This document shows, piece by piece, positions 13,200 to 24,449 of a stretch of 64,000 nucleotides of DNA. A program made the translations under genes and the position numbers. Source of the stretch: Geosiphon pyriformis uo1 (Eukaryota > Fungi > Glomeromycota). Each line of letters begins with the position of its first letter. Within the stretch, counting starts at the first letter, position 1. The notes under the pieces are model-generated. The model was given only the letters and a program-made list of their open reading frames with translations. It made no database searches and was not told the DNA's origin. The stretch spans positions 1 to 64,000 of the forward strand of contig JAAOMT010000134.1 of the NCBI GenBank assembly GCA_016748015.1. The letters are read 5' to 3'.

Positions 13200-14919
13200 G
13201 CAAATCAGTTTTATGGTGCAAATTGGTATTGTTGAACCAATCTTCAAGCAGGTACTTGGTAATAGTGAATGGATTGTCGATACTGTTGTTGCATTGGTTG
13301 TAGAGCAGGTTGATAGTAGTCAGTTTAATATTGTGGTCTTGGTGGATAGTAAGCTGGTAGTAGTGGTGGTTGGTAATAAGATTGTTGTGGCAAAGAGTAA
13401 TGTTGATTACTCTTGTTTTGTTGGTCTCATTGTAGCTTTTTGCAATCTCTTTTCCAGTGGCCAGGGATTCCACAGTAATGGCAATTCTGAGGCTGGTTAT
13501 TAGAGGATGATATGAAGTTGTTTTGATTCCATCTTTGGGGTAGTTAATATCTTTGGGGTTGCTGTTGTTGTTGGTTGGTAAAATAGTTTTTGACTTTTTT
13601 TGTGAGTTGGTCAATTTTCTCTTCAGCTGCTGAGCTGGTCTTTCCAATGGCTAAGTTCATGAGTTTTGTACAATTGGCTTCTTCCATAGCCATTTCATAT
13701 CTTTTTGCTTGCTAAATAACAGAGTTTAAATCTTCTGGGACATGTGAGCAAATCTTTTTAATCAGTTTATCCTTTAAACCAGTGATAAATTGATTTAAGA
13801 TTTGAGCATCGGAATAATAATCATTAGTTTTAAGTTGGTGAATTTGTCTGAAAAGTTTGTTGAATTTCCCAATATAAGTTATAACAGATTCGGAAGGTTC
13901 TTGTTTGATATTGTGAAAATGATTTCGAAGTGTGATTGAAGTGTTGTTATCGGTAAATTGTTCTAAGAAGGCAGTTTTGAAAGCTGTCTAGTTATTAAAA
14001 GGGGTGGTCAAGTTTTCGAACCATTCGCCTGCTGTTCCTTTAAGAAAGTAAAAAATTGTTCTTAACATTCTGGCAGCATTCCATCCATTTGCATCTCCAG
14101 CTTTAATAACTTGGTTAAGCCATTCTTGGGGACTGGTCTCAATGTCTTCTCCATTAAATTCAGGGATTTTTGCAATATATGCTATCATTTTGTCTTCTTT
14201 GTTTTTACTGTCTATTGATTCTTCTTCAGATATTTCAGAGTCATTTTCTTTGTTCACTGCTGTCTCAGAGTGTTCACTTCAATTTTTAGCTAGAAAGTCA
14301 AGGAGATTGAAACTAGTTTGAAGGGGTTCTTGTTGTCTGGTAGAACTTTTGGGTAATGTAAAATCTTCTAGTCTTGCAAATCGATTTAAGAGTGAATTAG
14401 GTGTTTGTGCTTGTACAAGTGAAGCTAAAAAAGGTGTGATAGTAAGTGGAAGTTTTGAACTGGTTCCTTGTTCAGGTGTTTGTAAGTGTTTGACAGTTGT
14501 TTTTGGTAGTATTGAAATATTTAGGGTGGTTTTTGAGTATTGCTTCAATTTTTGTTTGCCTTTGTTGCTTGTTTCTGCCTCTGATTCAAAATCAATAGAG
14601 TATTGAGACTGCACTGGATATGTTTCTTTATAGTACTTGATAATATTAAAATTAAGTTCTTGAAAGTAAGTGGCAAGTGTTTTACTGTTAAGATCTTTGG
14701 TTCCCAACTGTGAATAGTGTACTAAATTATTGTAAAGATTGCTTCTAACTTCTGAGATATTGTAATTTCCAAAAAATAATTGTTGATGTGGTTTTTAATG
14801 TATTGGTATACTGATTTTTTGACAACTTCAATTCTATCTGGAATGTTGAATCTTTGCTTACAGTGGGTGTAAATTGACTGGTAATACTCTAGAGTTGTTG
14901 TGTCTGGTGTGGTCGCCAC
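13200..14919 (-). pseudogene. gag: B gag (N-terminal extension, capsid, CCHC knuckle, Q/P-rich tail)
   Basis: IAKIPEFNGED..QEWL, FLKGTAGEWF, KQEPSESV and CHYCGIPGHWKRDC. Confidence 0.85.
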
Positions 14920-14964
14920 TTTGAAGTTGTTTTTGCTGTGTTGTTTCTGTGGGAAAGCACCAAA

Positions 14965-15156
14965 TGTTACCAGAGGTTTTTGGTCTTTTCTTGTATGTTT
15001 GTTGTAATGCTGTTAATTCATGGCTATGAGAAGTGTTTAAACCTCTGATACTGAATTTTATTTTCAAATTATCTCCTATAATTTGAACTGCTGAACTTAT
15101 AAGTGGAATGGCCAATTCTGTGCCAGTTATTTGTGTAGTTACATTGTAGTAAACGT
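14965..15156 (-). repeat. 5' LTR of B, U5-side piece
   Basis: Matches 6100-6291. Cut by element C. Confidence 0.9.
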
Positions 15157-16027
15157 TGTTACAGATGATTATTTCTGCTGTTGAATTAAATAACAACCTG
15201 TAACTTGGTGCTTAAAAGCTACTTCCATGGATGAGGTTTTGCAAAATGTTGTATCTGAAGGTTTTTATAAAATTCTTTGTATAATGGACAGAGATTTAAT
15301 AGTGTTAATAGTAGGTGTATCTTTCTAAGAATTTTCCCAATTTCTTTCTTAGCATGGTGGCCAGATTTAATCTGGCAGTTGTGCTCTTCTGGTAAGCTAT
15401 CCAATAATATATATAAAATCCTACCCTTATTTCTGGGTCTTTTACCAGGCTATCCTTGATGTCAATAACTCAGTGCTTAATCCTTTTTTCAATTAGTATA
15501 CACAATAATTAAATCAAATAAAATAAAGAAAAGAAATAAAAGAAAATAAAAAAAGAAAATAAATAAGTCCGGGCAGTTTGGCAGATTAGTATTCCGTTAA
15601 TAGCTGTGATCAAGAGCTATTGTTCTAGTATAGTTAAGTATTAATTACAATCAACATGAAGTGTTAATAGTGGAGAGTGGATTGAGATGTGGAATAATTA
15701 TTTATTTGATGATTTTGTTTTTTGGCTAAGTATTCTGTGGTATCAATTCTGTCTTTTCTATTTCTAACACTACCGCTATATATACATAATTGGGATTCCT
15801 TAATTCCTTGATTCTTCATGACAGGAATCCTGGAATTCCTGGAATCTTGCGATTCCTTTAAGAGGAATTCTGGAATTTTGGAATCTTGCAATTCCTTGTC
15901 AGAGAATCCTGAAATTTCTGGAATCCTGCAATTTCTGAGAGGAATCCTGGAATTCCACATTTACTATGCTTACTTCTGATTGGCTAATAAGTATGCTAAT
16001 ATATTTCTTATATTTCTATAAGTAACA
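15157..16027 (-). repeat. 3' LTR of C
   Basis: TGTTACA...GTAACA, direct repeat of 24450-25264, with extra GGAAT(T/C)CT repeats. Confidence 0.95.
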
Positions 16028-16040
16028 TTATTCCCTCTTT

Positions 16041-16700
16041 TTAATATTGAGTTCCATCAAAATCCAACTCATGTAATTCCCCCTCTTGAAGTATTTCCTG
16101 GATTTTGTTTTTGAGAATTACTTGTGTTATTTGGGTCTGTAATTCTTCAAATTGAGCATTGGTGATTTTTTCCAATTGATTACTGGTAACCATATCTATT
16201 GCTTTGTTGAGCAATATTTCTGGTTTATCCTGAAATGCTGTGTGTATTCGGTATATGGCTCGAGCTTGTGTGGATAAGTTGTTCTTTCCCACAAAATGTT
16301 CTAATTGTTGTAGTATTCTTTTGTCAAATAATCGCTTTGTTTTATCCATATATAGATTCTGGATATTTACGTGTTGTCCCAAGTAAAAATAACAATAGTT
16401 TTGTGGAAATTGTTGTATCCACTAATTCCAAGTTTCTTTAGTCAATTCTTGATATAATGACTCTTTTGTCAATTCTTTTATTGCTAATTTTATTTTCACC
16501 ATGATTTTGTCCACCATATTTTTAGTTTTCTTCAGTGTTCTGAGTTGTAATGTCTTTCTAGTATCTTGATATTAAATGGTTTGTTAATTGATTGTAATTT
16601 CTATTTTCTGGTGTTGGATTAATTAAAAGAGTTGTTGTGCTAGTGTGTGAATGTTGTCTGTAATTTCCATTTTTCTGATATTTCCTGTCGCGTCTACCAT
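16041..16700 (-). pseudogene. C ORF3, unknown function
   Basis: The ATG at 16700 is in frame with ORF 16041-16382. IEITIN, NYCYFYLG and RAIYRI align to the A/B ORF3. Confidence 0.7.
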
Positions 16701-16724
16701 GTCTTTATATATTTTTTTGATTGA

Positions 16725-18107
16725 TCAATTTAATATGTTGTTGTTAATAAGAACAATTGGTTCCAGATCTTGTGGAATCTCCTCTGGTCGGACTAGTATT
16801 CTCTGTACTCCTAATTGTGGAATATTACTGGTAAATGGTAGTATAATATCACGATATGGCTTCAGTCAATCTCTATGCACTGCTTTGGTTAAAATTTTGT
16901 TATCCAATCTTAATTTGTAAGCTTCATTTTCTAGAATTTCTTCTATGTGAAATGGTCCGTCCCATTTGGGGTCAAATTTTCCACTCCACTGTTTTTCTAC
17001 TTTGGTACGATGTAGTAATACTTTGTCTCCAATCTTGAATTCAACTGGTTTGTCTAGTAGTTGACTATTATGTCTTTTTTTCTGTTTTTTTTGTGACTTT
17101 TGAATATTATTAGCTGCTTTTTTTCGTTTGTTTTCCAATGTTTTTATTAAGTCATATGTTCTTCTTAGCAATGTTTCTTGAAAATTTTCTTCTGTTATTG
17201 GTTCAGCTGGATATGTATTAATTTTTCTCTCTACTGGTAACATTGCTGTTCTCCTATATACTAATTCAAATGGTGTTGTTTGTGTAGTATCTTGTTTCAT
17301 TGTCCGATAAGCAAATAGTACTGATGATATGAACAAATCCCAATTGTTCTGGTTTTTTTGGCTGAGCTTAGCTATTGCTTCACACAGTATTCTATTGAAT
17401 CTTTCTACTAATCCGTTGGTTTGTGGATGGTATGGTAATGATAATGATCTCTTGATTCCAAATCTTTGGCTCAATTCTGTTAATGTTCTGTTCACAAAAT
17501 GAGTTCTTTGGTCTGATAATAATTTTTTTGGACATCCATGTCAACAAATCAAATCCTGATGAACAAATTTGGCAACGGATTCTGCATCTGCTCTTTGAAT
17601 TGCTTTTGCCTCTGGCCATTTAGTGAGATAGTCCATGGCTACTACTATGTATCTGTTTCCTCTGCTGGTAATTGTTAATGGTCTGACTAAATCAATTCCA
17701 ATACGGTCAAATGGTTGTCCCACTTTGATTGGTCTTAATGGTTTACTGGGTCTTGTTCCTCCTTTTTGCTGACAAGCATCACAATTTTGAACATATTGAA
17801 TGATGTCTGGGTACATTGATGGCCAATAGTATCTCTTTCTGGTTCTTTCCATGGTTGCTTCTTTGTGAAAATGTCCTGCTGTTGGATTTGAATGCATGTT
17901 GAATAATATTGTCTCTTTTTCTGGCTCCGTAATTACTCTGGTTGGTTGATCTGGATCCTTTCTATTTTTTTGATAAAGTATATTTTGGTGAGTGATAAAA
18001 TATTTTGATTGTTGTTTGATACTTTTTTGTTTTGTTTGAGATAAATTCTCCTTGAACTGTTGAGTGTTTATATAATGTTGCAATTGTTGATATTTTTGTA
18101 TGTTCAT
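16725..18107 (-). pseudogene. C integrase (separate ORF)
   Basis: MNIQKYQQ..., HSNPTAGH..CDAC, IGIDLV, YHPQTNGLVERFN and WDGPF. 461 codons. Confidence 0.9.
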
Positions 18108-18168
18108 CTTTTGTTGTATTTTTCATTGCTATTGTTCTGGTTTTGTTATATTTTGGGTTGAAATGTTC

Positions 18169-19440
18169 TTAGATTTGTCTCATTCATGATAAACCGTCCA
18201 TATTTCCATTGTCTTTTCCTTTTTTATAATATATAGTATACTTATATGGTGCGAGTGCCATTTTCCATCTTAACTGTCTTCCATCTCCAAATTTTTGTTT
18301 TTAAAGTGATGTTAATCCTTTGTTATCTGTGTACACTTCAAACTTCTGGCTCAAATATTCTTTCCATTTCATAACTGACTAGTATATTGCTAAGTGTTCT
18401 TTTTCCAGTGTTCCATAGTTCTTTTTGGCTGGTATTAAATCTCTGCTGGCATATGCCACTGGATGTTCTTTGCTATCTGATTCTCTCTAAGATAGTACTG
18501 CTTCTAATGCCTGGCCTGATGCATCCATGGTAATGATGAATGGTTTGCTGTAATCTGAATAGATCAGTACTGGAGCTTGTATAAGCTTTCTTTTTAGAAT
18601 ATCAAAAGCTTCTTGTTGACTTTCAGTCCATTCATATTTTGTATCTTTGTTTTGCAGTTGGTTAAGTGGCTGTGCTATCTTGGAAAAGTTCTTAATAAAA
18701 CATTGATAGTAGCTGGCAAATCCCAAGAATGATTTCAGTTCTGTTATATTGGTCAGCACTGGAAAGTTTTTTACTATCTCTATTTTCTCTGGATCCGTTT
18801 TGATGCCATCTTTGCTGACTATGTGTCCCAAGAATTTTAGTTCTATCTTGCCGAAGAAGCACTTTGTTGCATTTAACTTTAGTCCTGTTCTTCTTAGTCT
18901 TTTGAACACTTGTTGAAGATGATGAAGATGATCATCAAACATTTTTGAGAATACATTGGTGTTGTCTAAGTATACAATTACTGATTTCCACAATAAACCA
19001 GTATAAACAATTTTCATTAGCCGCTGGAAAGTTGCTGGGGCATTGGTTAAGCCAAATAGCATTACTTCAAATTCGAAATTCCCTTCTCTAGTAGTAAATG
19101 CCATCTTCTCTTTGTCAGCTGAATTCATGGTTACTTGCCAGTAACCACAGTCCAAATCTAATGTTAAGAACTATTTGTTCCCACCGAAAGCATCAAATAA
19201 TTCCTGTATTCGTGGAGTTGGATAACTGTCTCCTCAAGTTATACCATTGAGTTTCCTGTAGTCTACACAAAACCGGATTTTTCCATTCTTCTTATGGACG
19301 AGTACCACTGGTGATGACCATAGGCTCATTGATGATTGAATTAGCCCATTGTTAAACATTCTGTTTATCTCTTGATGAATGATCTCATGGCTGGCTGGCG
19401 GCATTCTATATGCTCTTTGTTTGATTGGCATTGCATCTCC
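18169..19440 (-). pseudogene. pol: C reverse transcriptase and RNase H
   Basis: RFCVDYRKLN, GYWQV, FGLTNAPATFQR, YLDN (from YLDD) and MDAS. Ends LS(R)MRQI*. Confidence 0.92.
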
Positions 19441-19999
19441 AGTCTTGATCTGATGCTGGATGATGTCAGTTCAGCCAAACTCATTTTCGCTGGCAAAGAT
19501 ATTGTTGAAATTGTTGAGTAATATCTTAAGCTGCATATATTGGAGTGGATCTAAGTTTCCCATGTTCATTTGTTCCAATTGTTCTGGTTGGAGCAAATAA
19601 CATTCGTCTCGTCCATAGATTGGTTGTAATGTAATGTCAACATATTCACAAAGTTGTGAAAAGTCTGGAATGGGGTTGGGTGGTTGGTCTTCTATTTCTG
19701 TGGTTAAATATCCGATGGTGGTTTCTTCTGGTATGTTAATGACATTGCCAGTGTTGTTGTAGATGGAAATTTTTATGCTGCTATAGCTTTTGGCTTGTAT
19801 GTGGAGATTGATCAACCCAATTTCTCCTGATTCACAAAGGTTTGCTTTAGCTTCAAAAATTTGTCCTTGCTCCTTTTCTTTCTTTCCTATTGCTAACATG
19901 TACTGGCTATATGGTAGAATAGAAATAGCTTGACCAGTTGAGATAATTTCTTCTTGGCCAACAATTTCTTCCTCTGCCATATTGACTGGTACATCTATT

Positions 20000-20420
20000 C
20001 TACTCGTTAATCCAAATCTTTGTATTCCTCTCACTGTTATTCCTAATTCCTCCCTCTTTCCCACTGACATTAACTGAGCTACTCTAACCAGAGGCAGGAA
20101 TATTGCCTGTGCTATCTTTTTGTTGGGCTCTATTATATAGGCCTTTTCGGAGTCATTTTGTAGCATGACAATGATATTTCCCATGTATCTCGCGTCTATT
20201 ATTCCTCTTTTTATATTGATCCTTTTTTTTGCTAAACTACTTCTAGATGCTAATTGAACCATTGTTGTTGCTGGAATTTCTAGTGCTATTTTCAGATCAA
20301 TGCAGGTGCGTGAATGTGGTTCCAATTTGATGGCCTCTTTTTCTGGATATCTCAGATCAAACTCTGCATCCGTATTATGCACACATTCTGGCATAATACC
20401 TTCCCCATTGTTACTATATC
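20000..20420 (-). pseudogene. dut: C dUTPase domain
   Basis: DA(G>E)FDL, ASRSSLA, GIIDARYMG, KIAQAI and RGIQRFG. Confidence 0.9.
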
Positions 20421-20669
20421 ATTTCAACTCTTGTTCCTTGGAAAGATCTAGTAATGCAATGTATTGTTCATAGTTTAAATTGGAGTTTGAATCTGAGTTG
20501 GAATCAATATTGTTGTTGTCGCCATATTGAACGGAGCTGGGACTGGTGTTTTCATTGTCATCATTGTCAGAGTTTGAATTGGGATTGAAAATTGATTCCG
20601 ATTCTAATGCATATCTGCTGATTGGTTTTTCCTTTTCAAGGATTGTATAGATCATGCATAGTGGTGGAT

Positions 20670-21300
20670 TGTAAATGAGGTCACACTTATCACAATACTG
20701 AAAGTCACAGGAAATTAGGCAGTGTTGACATAGTTGAGCATTTAACTGCTCTAACCATTGTTCTTGTTCTTCTCTTGTGGGTGCTAATTTTTGGTAGTGT
20801 TCGTAGAATTGTTCCGGATCCAGGAGATTTATGATGAGTTCTGCATCCCAGTCAAGTTCTAAAGATTCTGGGGGGTTGTCTTTGATTGTTTTTATTTCCT
20901 CAGGTGATGCCTCTTCAATTTTGGCAAGTGCCATTCGCCAAATCTTGTTGTTGTCATGGGGACAACTGTCCAGTCGCTGTACAGCTCTTCTCTAGGCTGC
21001 TTTTATTGGGGTTCCTTTCCTTACCCAGTTGCTTATTAGAATCGTGTATTGACATGATACGTCGTATGTTCTTCTATGTTCTAGGATGTTGTTCCACATC
21101 TTTTCATCCAGAAGAGTTTCTCTACAGGCTATACATGGCATATTATCCCATTTTTCCATTCATTTTGGTCTTTCAAAACATTTGATATGACATGCGCAGC
21201 AATAGAACTTGGTTGCCATCTGATATTTTTCATCGTCACCACAGCATGCACCCATTGATGACAATTTCTTGCCGCAATCAATGCATATCAGTTTGGGTCA
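20670..21300 (-). pseudogene. C Cys-rich (multi-CxxC) domain
   Basis: CIDCGKKLSSMGAC...CCAC...KWDN.PCIAC...CQY...CQHCLISCDFQYCDKC, homologous to the B domain. Confidence 0.7.
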
Positions 21301-21649
21301 GCAATAGGTTGATGGTTGTTGTTGACTGTAGGTGTATGGGATATAAACATTGTTGGCTTGAGTGTTTTTTTCCTCTCTCTCTTTCCCTTTTTCTTTTTTT
21401 TCTTTGTTTTCTTCCCATTTCCAGCTTAAAGTTGGTTCGCTCTCATCGTTGTTGGTCCAGGTCAAGTCATCAGTTTCCCAGGTAAGTTCTTCCTTTTGTT
21501 TCTCTTTTTCATTGTCATTGTCATTCCAGGGGAGTATTGGTGGCAGTTTGTTGTGCTCTTCATTAGTCCACGACACTTGGTAGGCTTCCCAGGTAGGTTT
21601 TTCTTTCTCCTCCTCTAGTTCAATTAATAGTTTCTCTCTTGGAGGAGTC

Positions 21650-22030
21650 TTGAAGTGGCCACACGTGGCTGGTACACGTATGTGTTGGCCTTAATGTGTT
21701 AGTTGAAGTTCCTGAGTGTTCCAGTCTAACATCGTGTTGACTTTGAATAGCCAGTCATTACCAACAAGAGCTTGGTATTGAGTGGCTTCCATTACTAGAA
21801 CTTTAATGGGAGTCACGATGTCATTGATTTTGAAAGGAAAGTCATCGATTTCACTGATTGGAGTTTTGGTCACTCCATCAGCTGTGATGATTTTGGCACT
21901 GGCAGTTTAATCAACTCGGCAACCTAATTGGTCCATGAGTTGCCATGTGATAATACTGCCTACTGAACCACTGTCAAGAATAAATTTGATGGATTGTCCC
22001 TCGACTTTGGCATCAGTGTACATTGTGGTA
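21650..22030 (-). pseudogene. C aspartic protease
   Basis: FILDSGSVGSII and QALVGNDWL. Confidence 0.9.
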
Positions 22031-22599
22031 ATTGGTTTGGCTTCAAGAGCGGCTTCACTAAATAATAGCATTGCAGCTGTTTCCTTGAATTCAAATGAGA
22101 AGATAGCAGCCAAGGACTTGTTTTCGGTGATAATAGCAGGTGGAATATTACTGGTGAGTGGTTGTTTTTGGGTAAATGCCAAGTTATTGGTTGAGGCGTC
22201 TTCTGGGGTGACCAAGAGACTTAAATAGTTCTGGGAATTCGGGCTCTGGGTTTGACCAGTACCCGAATTCCACTGGCGTAATCCAGATGATTGCTGTGAA
22301 AAACTGGAGATTAGTTGATGGACTATTATTGCCAATCTCCAGCTCTGTTGAGTCATTCTCGGTCTTTGGGTTCTATTGGATGGTAAGCTTTGGGGTGGTG
22401 TTTGGATTTGGGGTTGATAGATTATTTGTGGCTGCAGTTGTAGATAAATCACTTGTGGCTGTGGTTGATAGATTAAAGCTTGGTATACCAGAGACTAATA
22501 GATGGATGACTGCATCACTGGTAGATAAGTGGATTGGTTTTGATTTGGGTACTGATTTGGAGTTTAGAACAGACAATTGGGGTTTTGATATTGATTTCT

Positions 22600-24387
22600 T
22601 GATCATTGGTTATTTAAACGCTGATGACAGTCAATTTGGATGTGTTTTTGTTTACCACAATAGTAGCAGATACACATTTCTTGTTGCCACCATTAATTGG
22701 TTGATAAAGATGGCCGTGGCTAATTTTGGGCATGATTAAAGTTTCCTTGATTATTGCGTCATTGTGGAGGCTGATAAATGGCATGATTGTCAGCTAAGTA
22801 TCTTTCCAATCTCTTATTAATTGATTCACTGAATTTCTCCAATTTGGAATCCAATTCAGATGATCCGTTTATTATTAGATTAACAGCTTGGGTGTGGTTA
22901 GCCTCTGACTCAGCGGATTCAAAATCTCTGGCATGTGTAACTGCATTTTGAAGGGTACCTAGATGCAACGGACGTACATGTTGCAAGATGCTGCTGTGCA
23001 GGCCACAGATAAACTGATTGAGTATCTGTGGTGCTGTGAAATAGTTGGCATCAATTGCTTGAATTTGGTGTAGGTTTCAATGGAAGCGTCCCAGGTAAGT
23101 AGTAACTGCTTCAGTTTCTCCTTGTTTCATGGTGGTGAATGCATTGACTAGGCAATTGATGCTGTTATTGTTGCTGAAGTATCTTAGGAATTTCGCTTTG
23201 AAGTCATTAAAATCTTGTGGTTTATTAATCAAGCTCTGGTACCATAAATTGGCAGTGTCCTTGAGAAAGTAGGGAATGGCTTACATTGCTCAAGCATCAT
23301 TTCATCTGTTGGCTGCGATGGCCTTTTCTATATCATTCAACCATACTTGAGCATTATCCTCTTTGCCAGTAAAGTTGTCAAGTTTTGCGATTGGTGCGTA
23401 GGCCATTGGATTTAAGTTAGGTGGTTGTGGTGGCTGTTGAAGCAGTTGTTGTTGTACTGGTTGTTGGGGTGGTAGTTGAAGTGGCTGCTGTATGAGTTCG
23501 GCTATGAAATTAATTGGTGGTTGACTGATGACAATTACTGGAGGTAAGTTTTGTTGATTAATTAATTCAGAGTTTGGATTGTTTTGCCTTTGATGATTCG
23601 GAGTTTTGATTTCTGAATTTTCTAGATCTGGATTTTGCTGAGTTTGAAAATTCAGGGTTTCAACTTCCCAGTTTTCAGTGATCGGGCACTGGTAAGTGAA
23701 TTCTTGATCTTCTGATTCTTTTTCCTCTTTTTCTGATTCTGCTGCTTCCCACGGATCAGAGATTCCAAAATCTGGTGGAAGCAGTGGTAATCAAAGTCCT
23801 GATGGAGTTGATGATCGCGAATTAAATCCCTCAAAGTATTCGCCATATGGTCCTAACAATTCTGTTTTTCTTTGTCTACTTTGGAATGGGAATCATCCAA
23901 ATGCTAATGTCACAGTTGATAAGAATGCATCTGTTGATAATATGTTGATGGTGCTTCTAGGTGTATAGTAGTAGAATGGGTTGCCTGGGGATTCAACTCT
24001 GTTTTTCTTCCAAGCAGGTGGCTGTATTTTTCTGGGTGTTACTGCTGGTGTTTGTAATTTTCTCTTGCCTTTACTAGTGTATGTAATTGGATATCTTTGT
24101 TGAGTGTGATGTTCAATTTCTTTGTTGATCTTAATGATGATAGATACAAAATTATGATTTGTTAGTAGATTGGTGTTTTGAATTAATTTTTTATAGAAAG
24201 TTTCTCTTGCTGATTCAGTATTCACTGGTGTTCCTAATAAAGAGAAAATCTTTTCATTGACATAGAAATTAAAGGCTGATTTGGCAGATATATAATTGTA
24301 GTTTAATTCCAAGTATTGACAATAGTGTTGAAATAAGAATTTTGCGAATCCTAAATAGTTTGCTCTTATATTTTCTGATTCTGCCAC
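22600..24387 (-). pseudogene. gag: C gag (N-terminal extension, capsid, CCHC)
   Basis: MAYAPIAKLDNFTG, IPYFLKDTANLWY, ILNQFICGL and CYYCGKQKHIQIDC. Confidence 0.85.
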
Positions 24388-24431
24388 TTTTGGTTTGGTG
24401 TTGTCGGTGCTGGTTCTCTGTAAGATTATAT

Positions 24432-24447
24432 CTCACAGAGAGCACCA
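24432..24447 (-). promoter_or_regulatory. PBS of C, TGGTGCTCTCTGTGAG (complement of a tRNA 3' end ...CTCACAGAGAGCACCA, elongator tRNA-Met-like)
   Basis: Adjacent to the 5' LTR and identical in D. CTCAC is a T-stem typical of eukaryotic tRNA-Met(e). Confidence 0.75.
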
Positions 24448-24449
24448 AA

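Noticed and set aside
13198-13503. Antisense ORFs over gag/pol and LINEs (e.g. 13198, 21362, 40348, 62141)
   Set aside because: Shadow frames of compositionally biased coding sequence, not conserved between copies.
15219-15404. Small ORF repeated at 24512-24697, and other short LTR ORFs
   Set aside because: The repetition is explained by LTR duplication and the ORF is not preserved in diverged LTRs.
15391-15448. Antisense intron GTAAGC...TTTTACCAG in family-C LTRs
   Set aside because: The ends are reverse complements forming a stem with covarying inner helices. No exon context supports an intron, though it is not fully excluded.
24432-24447. tRNA gene
   Set aside because: Only a tRNA 3'-end match, which is the PBS. 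No cloverleaf.
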